Shown here: positions 31,366 to 40,468 of the stretch, piece by piece
How positions within the stretch are numbered: position 1 is the first letter of the stretch
How the letters are laid out: every line of letters starts with the position of its first letter
Program-made: the position numbers and the translations under genes
The notes under the pieces: generated by a model
The model's input: the letters and a program-made list of their open reading frames with translations, nothing else
Databases searched by the model: none
Told to the model about the DNA's origin: nothing
From: an uncultured Hyphomicrobiaceae bacterium
Lineage (GTDB): Bacteria; Pseudomonadota; Alphaproteobacteria; Rhizobiales; Rhodomicrobiaceae
NCBI GenBank assembly: GCA_964466965.1
Contig: CAYXPZ010000002.1
Coordinates: 1 to 61,834, forward strand
Length of the DNA stretch: 61,834 nt
Direction: 5' to 3'

Positions 31366-31875
31366 CTAACGCATCCACGCGGCGTATTCCGGATGTGCGC
31401 TCTTCATGTCCTCGTAAAGCCAGGCCATGCGGTCGACGAACCACATCTTGCCGAGATAGATCAGCGCGGCGCCAAACGCTGTCGGCCAGATTTGCAGCGC
31501 ATACAGCCCCCAGAGAAGGAAGGGGACGCCAAATATGGAAATAGCGGTCAGCAGATGCGGAGCCAGCCGGTGATGCATTGGGATCGGCACCCGCTTGCGG
31601 TTGAGCCAGACGCGCTCACCGAATACCGCTTTTGAGGCCCAGTTGTCGGTATGCGCAGGAATAGGGGCCATCCGCGGATTGATCCAGATGAAGGCGAGCG
31701 CCGCCACCAGCAGCAGCAACCACCAACCGCCGATCCACACCCGCGACCAGACGGCCAGAACCACTAGCGGGAGGCCAAGGAACACGCGACTCCAGACGCT
31801 GATCGGATGGGCGTGACGCTGCCACGTTTCCTCGTCCATCAGCATTAGCCGTTCCGCAAAACGAAATATGTCCAA
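31366..31875 (-). CDS. membrane protein of unknown function (DUF6653-like)
   Basis: WQRHAHPISVWSR, WINPR, WASKAVFGERVW, KMWFVDRM; TTG start with GGAG SD. Confidence 0.75.
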   Translation of the reverse strand: MDIFRFAERLMLMDEETWQRHAHPISVWSRVFLGLPLVVLAVWSRVWIGGWWLLLLVAALAFIWINPRMAPIPAHTDNWASKAVFGERVWLNRKRVPIPMHHRLAPHLLTAISIFGVPFLLWGLYALQIWPTAFGAALIYLGKMWFVDRMAWLYEDMKSAHPEYAAWMR

Positions 31876-31888
31876 AGCGCTGCTCCAT

Positions 31889-31975
31889 TGGTGCGGACGG
31901 GGGGACTCGAACCCCCACTCCCTTACGGGAAACGGATTTTAAGTCCGTTGCGTCTACCGATTCCGCCACGTCCGC
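31889..31975 (-). tRNA. tRNA-Leu (anticodon TAA)
   Basis: GCGGACGTGGCGGAATCGGTAGACGCAACGGACTTAAAATCCGTTTCCCGTAAGGGAGTGGGGGTTCGAGTCCCCCCGTCCGCACCA: 87 nt, long variable arm, encoded CCA. Confidence 0.97.
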
Positions 31976-31987
31976 GCGCGTTGTGCC

Positions 31988-32016
31988 GTTATGCGCGAGG
32001 CCGCGTAGCGAAGCAA
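31988..32016 (-). promoter_or_regulatory. sigma70-type promoter of tRNA-Leu
   Basis: Minus strand TTGCTT-N17-CATAAC ending 12 nt before the tRNA. Confidence 0.55.
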
Positions 32017-32076
32017 GACGCCGGTTCTGACCCGCCGTTTGTTCTCGACCCGGTATCTCCCGTTCCGGATCACGCC

Positions 32077-32859
32077 TCAATACGCGCGGACGGGCCGCGG
32101 CGGCGAGATGCGTTGGCGCTCGGCGGCGCTGGGGTGCTTGATCGCAGCGACCAGAAGCAGAAATAGCGTCACAGAATTGAGCACATGCCACATGAAGTGG
32201 GTGCCGATGGGGGTGCCGGCAATCGTTATGGTCTGGCATAGCGCCATGTCCAGCGAGCGGAAGGCGACCGAGGCCGTGAAAACCAATCCTGCGCTAAGGA
32301 CGATGGGGCCCGTGCGCCGGCGCGTGAAGCCGTCAGCGGCGAAGGCTGTGAGATAGCCGCCGATCAGGATCATCGCCGCCCAGGCGGGCAAGTAACTGAC
32401 GCTGCCATTCAGACAGCGCCCGCGGGCCCCCGGCGGCAGGTCAAGATCGAAGCCGATTTGCCCGTCCCAGCATTGCAAGCGTCCAGCCGCCATCATCGCG
32501 CCAATGAAAACGACCAGCCCAACCAGTGACCAGAATATGTTGGCGCCAAGGAAGCGCCGCAGCGCAAACACCAGATATCCGATCATGAATACGCCGATCG
32601 GGGCGATATCGGCGAGCGCCGCCCAGCGTGTGGCGAAGGTGTGAAACAAGAAGCTGCCCACGCCGATGATAAAGACCATCGCGATAAGCAGATGCCGGGT
32701 TACGGTGCGCTTATGATTTGGTTCTTTGTAGAGCAGCAGGAGTGCCGTGAGCGACGCAATTATGAATGCGGCGTTGGTCGTCGCGTTAACCGGTTCAGCC
32801 CAGAACGCTGGGTTTAGCCCGCGCTCGCAGTAGGCGAAGACCTTCTGGCTCCAATTCAT
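32077..32859 (-). CDS. ceramidase-domain (CREST superfamily) membrane protein
   Basis: YCER, WAEPVNATTN, GSFLFHT, D, GTHFMWH; about 7 TM segments. Confidence 0.88.
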   Translation of the reverse strand: MNWSQKVFAYCERGLNPAFWAEPVNATTNAAFIIASLTALLLLYKEPNHKRTVTRHLLIAMVFIIGVGSFLFHTFATRWAALADIAPIGVFMIGYLVFALRRFLGANIFWSLVGLVVFIGAMMAAGRLQCWDGQIGFDLDLPPGARGRCLNGSVSYLPAWAAMILIGGYLTAFAADGFTRRRTGPIVLSAGLVFTASVAFRSLDMALCQTITIAGTPIGTHFMWHVLNSVTLFLLLVAAIKHPSAAERQRISPPRPVRAY

Positions 32860-32940
32860 ACGCACTCCCACAACGAAGTCAAACGGCAGCGGATGTCCAA
32901 GCAGGCTGGGCACAATCCAGACCACATGATCGTTCGGTTT

Positions 32941-32956
32941 TTAAGGAAATTGTAAC
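32941..32956. promoter_or_regulatory. CtrA-box-like site in a divergent spacer
   Basis: TTAA-GGAAATT-GTAAC, one mismatch to TTAA-N7-TTAAC. Confidence 0.45.
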
Positions 32957-33072
32957 CCACGATCCCCAAAATATTGTCACAAAGGTTTTTATTGAATCCT
33001 GTCGAACAAACGTTAACCTCACGCAGCCTTATAGGGGGTAAAATGCAGTCCAGCGGCATAAGGAGACGCATA

Positions 33073-33420
33073 ATGGTGCATCTGCGCAGAGGGGTGACTT
33101 TTTCAGCGGCATTGATGCTGGCTGCGATCTCAAGCGTGCCTGAAGCTGGAAATGCAGGAGCACGGTACGGCCAAAGCAATGAGGGACCCGTCTATCGTCA
33201 TATCCTCGCAAAGAGCGCGTTTAGCTCGCGCTCTGTCGTCGCTCCCGTACGCCGCGGGCCATATGGCAACGATCAGGTCATGACACCGGGCGGGAACTGG
33301 TACGACTGCGAAATAACCTGCGAATATACGCTACGCCGGGTCTATCTAGACTTCTGGCAAGGGCAAGGTGATGGGACCATTCCCACCGGAATATTTCGCT
33401 TCGAATTCGTAATCGACTAA
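33073..33420 (+). CDS. small exported hypothetical protein with CxxxC
   Basis: AGGAG SD; signal-like N-terminus; conserved-looking PGGNWYDCEITCEYTLR...DFW. Start may be 33043. Confidence 0.7.
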   Translation: MVHLRRGVTFSAALMLAAISSVPEAGNAGARYGQSNEGPVYRHILAKSAFSSRSVVAPVRRGPYGNDQVMTPGGNWYDCEITCEYTLRRVYLDFWQGQGDGTIPTGIFRFEFVID

Positions 33421-34409
33421 CCAGACAAGGCATCCAGTAGCGCCCTGTCGATTTTCAGGCCCCTGTTCAGGACTTGTGCGCGCCTTTCGAAACGGCGTGT
33501 ACCGGGCAAGCGCGCATTGGTGTCCGCTTCGATCCAACGCGCCAGTTCCGTGAAGCGCGCGGGCGCATCCGCGCTTAGGGCCTTCGCGTTGATCGCGATG
33601 ATGAGCTGTCCCGTTGCCGGCGGCTCACCTTGTGCATCAAGGAATGACGAGGCTTCGCGCGCATAACGGCCACCCGTGACTCCCGCAGCGAGCAACTCCA
33701 CCATCAACGCAAGCGCTGACCCCTTGGCGTCGCCAAACGGCAGCATCGCGCCTTCGACAGCACGCCGCGCATCGGTGGTGGGTTGGCCTTCAGCGTCGAC
33801 AGCCCAGCCCTCCGGGATAGGTTCGCCGCGCTCCCGCGCCGCCACGATCTTGCCACGCGCGACCTTCGAGAGCGATAGGTCGATCACCAGCGGCTCACGA
33901 TCTGCCAGCGGCGCGGCGAAAGCGATCGGGTTTGTGCCGAACAAGCGCGAAGCCCCGCCCCAGGGCGCCATTGCGGCCGGTGTGTTGGCGAACATCAGAG
34001 CGGCGCACCCGGCTTCGGCCAGGCGCTCCACGCTATGTCCGGCAACGCCGCAGTGGTGGGACCGGTAAAAACCTGCCATCGCAATTCCCTGCGTCTTGGC
34101 CATATCGGGCAGCCGGCCCGCCATGCGATCAAAGGCCGGAAAGTAGAAGCCGTGCGCGACATCGACATGCAGCGCGCTGGGTGCAACCTCATGCACGGCC
34201 GGGACGGCGTGGCCGTCGACTTTGCCGGCGGCAGCTTGCGCCGCATAGGACGCCACTCGCTGCAGGCCATGCCCGCTCTGGCCGTCAATCTCGGCATCGA
34301 CCAGGGCGCGCGCAACGGCTTCGGCATTGTCGGCGGTGACACCGCTTGCCATCAGCGTTTTTTCCACGCGATGCCGCGCTTCGGCGACCGAAATCGTGAC
34401 CTTCGTCAT
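33417..34409 (-). CDS. comC: Ldh_2-family oxidoreductase, probable (2R)-3-sulfolactate dehydrogenase (ComC-like)
   Basis: GHGL, SHHCG, GTNPIAF, KGSALALMVE, RLPG; divergent from suyAB. Confidence 0.72.
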   Translation of the reverse strand: MTKVTISVAEARHRVEKTLMASGVTADNAEAVARALVDAEIDGQSGHGLQRVASYAAQAAAGKVDGHAVPAVHEVAPSALHVDVAHGFYFPAFDRMAGRLPDMAKTQGIAMAGFYRSHHCGVAGHSVERLAEAGCAALMFANTPAAMAPWGGASRLFGTNPIAFAAPLADREPLVIDLSLSKVARGKIVAARERGEPIPEGWAVDAEGQPTTDARRAVEGAMLPFGDAKGSALALMVELLAAGVTGGRYAREASSFLDAQGEPPATGQLIIAINAKALSADAPARFTELARWIEADTNARLPGTRRFERRAQVLNRGLKIDRALLDALSG

Positions 34410-34560
34410 CCGCCTGCCTGCTTCATTCGTTAGCGCGCCGCCACTCCAAGGAAAATCATCTTTGCGGAGCGCTCAATTGACTCGAGTGTCGGGGCAGGAT
34501 ACCTCCACGCGTTCACGACACAAAACATAACGATTGTGGATTGCGCGAGAGGAGTTGCAG

Positions 34561-34848
34561 GTGCCCGTTCCCCACTTTCTTGTCCATTCGCCGAAGGACA
34601 ATGTCGGCGTCGTGGTGGTCGAGGGTCTGACGGCCGGTACGCCCATGACTGGCGTCATTACGGAGACCGACTCGGAACTATCGGTGACAGCGCGCGATGA
34701 CATTCCGATCGGTCATAAGGTTGCGCTGACTGATCTCAGCAAGGACGACACGGTCATCAAATACGGCGAGGATATTGGGCGCATGGTTGGGGATGCCCAG
34801 ACGGGTCAGCACGTGCATACCCATAACCTGAAGACCAAACGCTGGTAG
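34561..34848 (+). CDS. suyA: (2R)-sulfolactate sulfo-lyase alpha subunit (UxaA N-terminal SAF domain)
   Basis: FLVHSPKDNVGVVVVEGL, IPIGHKVAL, KYG, HTHNLKTKRW; GAGGAG SD before the GTG start. Confidence 0.85.
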   Translation: MPVPHFLVHSPKDNVGVVVVEGLTAGTPMTGVITETDSELSVTARDDIPIGHKVALTDLSKDDTVIKYGEDIGRMVGDAQTGQHVHTHNLKTKRW

Positions 34849-34854
34849 GAGGCC

Positions 34855-36027
34855 GTGATGAGCAACCACAGATTTCTTGGCTACCGGCGTGAGAACGGGC
34901 GGGTCGGCGTGCGCAATCATATCGCTATCCTGCCGGTTGACGACATCTCTAACGCGGCCTGCGAAAACGTGGCGAAAAATATTCAGGGCACGCTGGCGTT
35001 GCCGCATTCCTATGGACGCCTGCAGTTTGGCGCGGATCTGGACCTGCATTTCCGCACCATTATTGGGCTGGGAGCCAACCCAAATATCGCGGCCTGCGTT
35101 GTGATTGGTATCGAACCTGGCTGGACGAACAAGGTTGCCGAGGGCATAGCGCAGACCGGCAAGCCTGTCGCTGCCTTCGCCATCGAGCAGAACGGCGACA
35201 TCAAGACGGTCGCCGACGCCTCGCGCAAGGCGAAAGACTTCGTGCACTGGGCAAGCGAACTGCAGCGCGAGGAATGCGAGATCGCGGACTTGTGGGTCTC
35301 GACCAAATGCGGCGAGTCCGATACGACGACAGGTCTAGGCTCCTGTCCGACTGTCGGCAACCTGTACGACAAGCTGATCCCGGAGGGTATTTACGGCGTG
35401 TTCGGGGAGACGTCCGAAATTACCGGCGCGGAGCATATCTGCAAGGCACGTGCGGCTTCTCCGGAGATTGGCGAGAAATTCATGGCCACGTTTCAGGCCT
35501 ACCAGGACGAGGTGATCGAGCCGCACAAGACGTCTGATCTATCCGACTCACAGCCAACCAAGGGCAATATCGAAGGCGGTCTCACCACGATCGAGGAAAA
35601 GGCGCTGGGCAACCTGGAGAAGATCGGCAAGCAGTGCCGCTATATTGACGTGCTGGAGCCGGCTGAAGCCCCCGCTAAGGGGCCAGGTCTGTACTACATG
35701 GACACGTCTTCGGCTGCGGCAGAATGCGTGACGCTGATGGCGGCGGCAGGGTACGTCGTGCATACGTTCCCGACCGGGCAGGGCAATGTGGTCGGGAACC
35801 CTGTCTTGCCGGTCGTTAAGCTCACGGCGAATCCACGAACGGTCCGCACCATGTCCGAACATATTGATCTGGATGTATCCGGTATCCTGCGTCGCGAGAT
35901 GACGCTGGATCAGGCGGGTGATGCGCTGATCGACATGGTGGTCCGCACCGCGAACGGCCGGATTACCGCTGCCGAAGCGTTGGGCCATCGTGAGTTGGTG
36001 ATGACCAAGCTCTATCGCAGCGCCTGA
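34855..36027 (+). CDS. suyB: (2R)-sulfolactate sulfo-lyase beta subunit (UxaA family)
   Basis: [49 protein letters not shown]. Confidence 0.88.
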   Translation: MMSNHRFLGYRRENGRVGVRNHIAILPVDDISNAACENVAKNIQGTLALPHSYGRLQFGADLDLHFRTIIGLGANPNIAACVVIGIEPGWTNKVAEGIAQTGKPVAAFAIEQNGDIKTVADASRKAKDFVHWASELQREECEIADLWVSTKCGESDTTTGLGSCPTVGNLYDKLIPEGIYGVFGETSEITGAEHICKARAASPEIGEKFMATFQAYQDEVIEPHKTSDLSDSQPTKGNIEGGLTTIEEKALGNLEKIGKQCRYIDVLEPAEAPAKGPGLYYMDTSSAAAECVTLMAAAGYVVHTFPTGQGNVVGNPVLPVVKLTANPRTVRTMSEHIDLDVSGILRREMTLDQAGDALIDMVVRTANGRITAAEALGHRELVMTKLYRSA

Positions 36028-36043
36028 TTGGCCGGGGGGCGCA

Positions 36044-36988
36044 ATGACCGAGATTGTCATCAGCGAGTTCATCACGCCGGAGGCGCTCGCGCTTCTTAAA
36101 GCGCAGCACAGTGTACATTATGATCCAAAGCTTTGGACGCGGCCAGATGCGTTGACAGCGGCGCTCTCGGATGCGCGTGCGATCATCGTGCGCAACAAGA
36201 CCGAAGTCCGCGGGCCAGTGCTCGACGCGGGCGCGCGGCTGCAGGCAGTTGGGCGGCTCGGCGTCGGGCTCGACAATATCGATGTGTCAGTCTGCGAGGC
36301 GCGCGGCATCAAGGTGTTACCGGCGCATGGCGCGAACGCGTCTGCTGTGGCGGAATATGTGATCGGCGCTGCGTTGATCCTGTTGCGTGGTGCGTTCAGT
36401 GCAACGCAAGCGCTCACGGCAGGGGCGTGGCCACGCGAGCAGCTCATTGGGCAGCAGCTCGAAGGCAAGCAGCTCGGTCTGCTTGGCTTCGGAGCAATCG
36501 GGCGGGCAACGGCGGTGCGGGCGCGCCCGCTGGGTATGCAGATCGCTGCCTATGATCCAGGGATCCCGCATGATGCGCCACTTTGGCAGTCCGAGGCGCG
36601 CCGCATGACGTTTGAGGAGCTATTGGCCACGAGCGACGTCTTGAGCCTGCATCTTCCCCTGGACGATGAAACCCGAGGGGCGCTTGGCGCGGCGGCGCTT
36701 CAGCGCATCAAGCCTGGCGCAATCCTCATCAATACGGCCCGCGGAGGCATCGTGGACGAGTTGGCGCTGGTTGGCGCGCTTCGGGAGGGACGACTGGCGG
36801 GCGCGGCGCTTGATGTGTTCGCCACCGAACCGATCGACGCCGCCACCGCCGCGATGTTCGCCGGGCTGGATAACGTGATCCTTACGCCGCACATCGCTGG
36901 GGTGACGGAACAGTCCAACGCCCGGGTCAGCGAAGTCACAGCGCGCAACGTTCTCAACGCTCTGGCTAGCCGGGAAACAGCTGCTTGA
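36044..36988 (+). CDS. slcC: D-2-hydroxyacid dehydrogenase, probable (S)-sulfolactate dehydrogenase (SlcC-like)
   Basis: IVISEF, GRLGVGLDNID, GFGAIG, INTARGG, TPHIAG; co-oriented directly after suyAB. Confidence 0.75.
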   Translation: MTEIVISEFITPEALALLKAQHSVHYDPKLWTRPDALTAALSDARAIIVRNKTEVRGPVLDAGARLQAVGRLGVGLDNIDVSVCEARGIKVLPAHGANASAVAEYVIGAALILLRGAFSATQALTAGAWPREQLIGQQLEGKQLGLLGFGAIGRATAVRARPLGMQIAAYDPGIPHDAPLWQSEARRMTFEELLATSDVLSLHLPLDDETRGALGAAALQRIKPGAILINTARGGIVDELALVGALREGRLAGAALDVFATEPIDAATAAMFAGLDNVILTPHIAGVTEQSNARVSEVTARNVLNALASRETAA

Positions 36989-37370
36989 CGATCAGAAAGC
37001 CGAGCAGTGAAGAGGTGCCGGTCAGCACGGTACCCCAAATCGTATCCACAATCGCGACCGTCACCGGCCAGCCTTTCAGTGTAGCCAGATTGGTCATGTC
37101 ATAAGTGGCATAGCAGAAGAATCCGAACAACGCGCCATACAGCAGGGCTGTCTTCCACGAACCGGACTGCAGCGCCGGCCCAACTGCGAAAATGACAATG
37201 CCGATTACGTAAACCGCGTAAAACACCGCCGCGACGCCGAGATTGGGCTTGTCAAGCAGCAGCTCTCCTAGACGCGAGAAATAGAAGGTCTTGGCGATGT
37301 AACCCAGCCATAAGAAGTCGATGAACAGGAAGATGACGGCGGTCACCACATAGGCAGCCAGATATTGCAT
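36966..37370 (-). CDS. DUF2177 family membrane protein
   Basis: IDFLWL, FY, YATYDMTNLATLKGW, DTIWG. Confidence 0.85.
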   Translation of the reverse strand: MQYLAAYVVTAVIFLFIDFLWLGYIAKTFYFSRLGELLLDKPNLGVAAVFYAVYVIGIVIFAVGPALQSGSWKTALLYGALFGFFCYATYDMTNLATLKGWPVTVAIVDTIWGTVLTGTSSLLGFLIVKQLFPG

Positions 37371-37493
37371 TGAGAGATCCTTTGATCGTTGGCTGAGATG
37401 TCAACGCGCAGGCGGGACGTATGGATTGCTTAATAGGAACGCAAAGCGATTAAAACGTCATCAAGACCCCTCACCCGCGCCGCGCCGTAACGG

Positions 37494-38726
37494 TCACTCG
37501 CCGAGTTCCTTTCGGTAGCGACGCCAGATGATGAGCTGCAGAAACGCGATCAACAGTACCGCACCAAGGAAGCCGAGGCTGACATGGTTTGCGCCCGAGC
37601 CGGCGATCCACTCGAAGTAGCCAACCAGTTCTTCATATTGGAGAAAGGCGATACCACTGACGACCACACCAGCGATCTTACCAACCATTTCCACATCCTG
37701 TTCATATCGGCGCAAGAAGAAAAACAGCAGCATCAGCGCCCACGCGCCAAACAGCAAGCTGAAGACGGGAGTGAGCAGGACGAACAGGCTCCTTTCCATC
37801 TCGCCGCCGAATAGGGCTTCCGAGCTTTGCAAAAAGGCGTGGTTGGACAACGGCCAGAACAGCATCGCGAAAGCGCCGACCACGACCCCGCGCTCAAGCC
37901 GGTTGAGATGTGCACTGTAATATTGGTCGAGGGATCGACGTCGGAGGACAAGCATTAGGCCAATAAAGAAAACGATGAGAAGGAAGAATACGATGAATGG
38001 CAAAACGATCTCGTGAATGAGGCCCGTTATGGTGCGGTTTTCCGCGGGATTATACATGGCACGCATGTGATCTCGCATCCGGTCCTGGGCAACGCAGCAT
38101 GCCTGCCCAGTTTCCAGCTTTCCCGTCGAGAAACAATAACGCTTCTCCTCAAAATAATCTGGAACCGGCAAATACTCAGTTATATGCTTGTCTGTGGCTG
38201 TGTTATCGTTTTTTTGATCTTCTCGTTTTGCCCACGAACAATCTCTATCGAAGGGGCCAAGTCCGAGCCAGGATTGGCTTACAGTTCTGACCTGCGACAT
38301 TGACTCAAGAACAGGCAAGCGTTCGCAGCTAGTCGTATTATCCGTAAAACAATTTTCCGGCGCGCCCGTATCCGCTTGTAGAACTTCCGGCGATACCTGC
38401 CAGATGGCCGGCACGCCTCTTTGCAATTGATGTGCGAAGGCGAGCGCGCCAACAGCCAGCACAGCTGTCCATAAAAGGACACCGGCGCGCCCGTTGTTGA
38501 TGTGATGCCAATACATGTCGAGGAAAACGCAAGCGGGAAAGTAAAACGCGCATAGTGCCAAAATACCGAAGGTCGGGAAAAACAGGAACAGCTGGCTGTA
38601 AATGGTGGCAATGTCGAACCATTTTATGTCGCGGAACTCATAGACGAGTGCGCCAAGCACGCTCACGAAAGATAAACCCAGGATCAAGAAAATGATAAAG
38701 ACGGTTGCGCGAATGCCTCGTGACAT
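37494..38726 (-). CDS. multi-pass membrane hypothetical protein with Cys-rich loop
   Basis: 410 aa ORF with several hydrophobic segments flanking a hydrophilic region that carries 6 Cys; GGGGGA SD. Confidence 0.78.
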   Translation of the reverse strand: MSRGIRATVFIIFLILGLSFVSVLGALVYEFRDIKWFDIATIYSQLFLFFPTFGILALCAFYFPACVFLDMYWHHINNGRAGVLLWTAVLAVGALAFAHQLQRGVPAIWQVSPEVLQADTGAPENCFTDNTTSCERLPVLESMSQVRTVSQSWLGLGPFDRDCSWAKREDQKNDNTATDKHITEYLPVPDYFEEKRYCFSTGKLETGQACCVAQDRMRDHMRAMYNPAENRTITGLIHEIVLPFIVFFLLIVFFIGLMLVLRRRSLDQYYSAHLNRLERGVVVGAFAMLFWPLSNHAFLQSSEALFGGEMERSLFVLLTPVFSLLFGAWALMLLFFFLRRYEQDVEMVGKIAGVVVSGIAFLQYEELVGYFEWIAGSGANHVSLGFLGAVLLIAFLQLIIWRRYRKELGE

Positions 38727-38986
38727 ATCATGTCCCCCGCTGGCCCTCGAATGCGCCGGTAGCGCTGCGCGGGCAGCCTAGGCCAACGTCAAATCCGCGG
38801 CCAGCCAAATTTGTTCACCACCCTTTCAAGCTGGGCCAGGCGTGGCAATTCGATCAGCCTGTCAGTCAACCTGTCGGCAATGCTCGCGCAAGCGCACGCT
38901 GTGTCTTGGCGGCAGCACGGGTAGCGAATAGTTCTACAATGGTCGCTTGCACACCGGAGGTCGGAAACCATGACGGGGGTCACTGC

Positions 38987-40372
38987 GTGAGACGGGTTCT
39001 AAAGATTGGCGTGGTGGCAGTTCTGGTGCTGGCAGCCGCGATTGGCATCTATCAGGTTCGCCAGATATTGATGGTCGGCGCGGGTTACTACGCCAAGATG
39101 TTATGCTCGGGCGTGTTCGTGTCGGGCCGGCCGGCTGAGTCTGTGATCGCGGAGGATGTGTTCGCGGATCAATCGCCTTTGCTTCAGTATTATTCGAGTG
39201 CTGTCGATCGTGAGGCCAAGTTTGTCGATGTCTGGCTCCCGGCCAACTTCGCTTGGCAGCGTTCGGTTTATCGTGACGGATATGGCTGCCATTTGGCGCT
39301 CGCGTCTCGTGGGCGTGATGCGCCTGCGCCGCCGCTGGACCCGGTCGCGGCGCCCGAACCCGACGCGCTGTGGCCCGAAGGCGTGCGCTCGGCCACCGAC
39401 ATTCTGCCCAGTGCCGCGCAGCAGAAACTGGAGGCCGCACTCGATAGTGCCCTTGCGGAGACCGATCCCGAAAATAAAAAGCGTACGCGCGCGGTGGTGG
39501 TGGTCCATAAGGGCCGTCTGGTTGCCGAGCGCTATGCCGATGGATTCACGCCGACCATGCCGCAGCTCGGCTGGTCGATGGCCAAGAGCGTGACCAATGC
39601 GCTTGCCGGCGCGCTTGCCGCCCGGGAGCAGATAGCCGTGACCGACCCCGCGCCGCTGTCCGCATGGCAGGGCGAGGACGACCCGCGCCGCGCCATCACC
39701 CTGGATAATCTGCTGCGCATGAGCAGCGGTCTCGAATTCAGCGAAGAGTATGACGGCATGCTGAGCGATGTTCGCGTTATGCTGTTCCTGCGCGGGGACA
39801 AGGCGGCCTTCGCAGCGCAGAAACCGCTGGTCTGCAAGCCGGGCGGGTGCTGGTACTATTCCAGCGGGACATCGAATATCGTTGCCGACAGCTTGCAAAG
39901 CGCAGCGGATGATGGCACGGCGGCCATTGCGAAGGACCTGCTTTTCGAACCGTTAGGCATGCACACGGCGGTGTTCGAGCCGGACGCGTCCGGCACGCTG
40001 GTCGGTTCGTCCTACGTTTATGCGTCGCCGCGCGACTGGGCGCGGCTTGGCCTGCTTTATTTGCAGCGCGGCGAATGGGACGGTCAGCAGATTTTCAAGC
40101 CGGAATGGATTGATTATACGCTAGAGCCCTCGCCCGGTAGCGATGGCCGGTTCGGCGCTCACGTGTGGTTGTTGCCGCCGCGATGGAACATGCCGGAGGC
40201 CGCCGCCGCCATTCCAGAGGACGATTTCTACTTCCTTGGTCATGACGGACAGATGGTCGCGATAATTCCATCGCGTGAGACTGTGATCGTGCGGCTGGGA
40301 CTGACGCGCAAGCGCGGCCCCTTCGATCACGCGCGGCTCGTGCGCAGCATTCTTGAGGCGCTGCCCGAGTAG
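38987..40372 (+). CDS. serine hydrolase, beta-lactamase class C-like
   Basis: N-terminal anchor; AKMLCSGVF; SxxK motif WSMAKS; LLRMSSGL; YSSG; GHDGQ; VRLG. Confidence 0.9.
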   Translation: MRRVLKIGVVAVLVLAAAIGIYQVRQILMVGAGYYAKMLCSGVFVSGRPAESVIAEDVFADQSPLLQYYSSAVDREAKFVDVWLPANFAWQRSVYRDGYGCHLALASRGRDAPAPPLDPVAAPEPDALWPEGVRSATDILPSAAQQKLEAALDSALAETDPENKKRTRAVVVVHKGRLVAERYADGFTPTMPQLGWSMAKSVTNALAGALAAREQIAVTDPAPLSAWQGEDDPRRAITLDNLLRMSSGLEFSEEYDGMLSDVRVMLFLRGDKAAFAAQKPLVCKPGGCWYYSSGTSNIVADSLQSAADDGTAAIAKDLLFEPLGMHTAVFEPDASGTLVGSSYVYASPRDWARLGLLYLQRGEWDGQQIFKPEWIDYTLEPSPGSDGRFGAHVWLLPPRWNMPEAAAAIPEDDFYFLGHDGQMVAIIPSRETVIVRLGLTRKRGPFDHARLVRSILEALPE

Positions 40373-40468
40373 CTGAGTGGACGTCCATAGGAACGGGGAT
40401 TAGCCTTCCGGGGTCCGGTTGCTTATATTTACGTCGATGACGAATTGCCCAGCTCCGGGGAGGATCGC

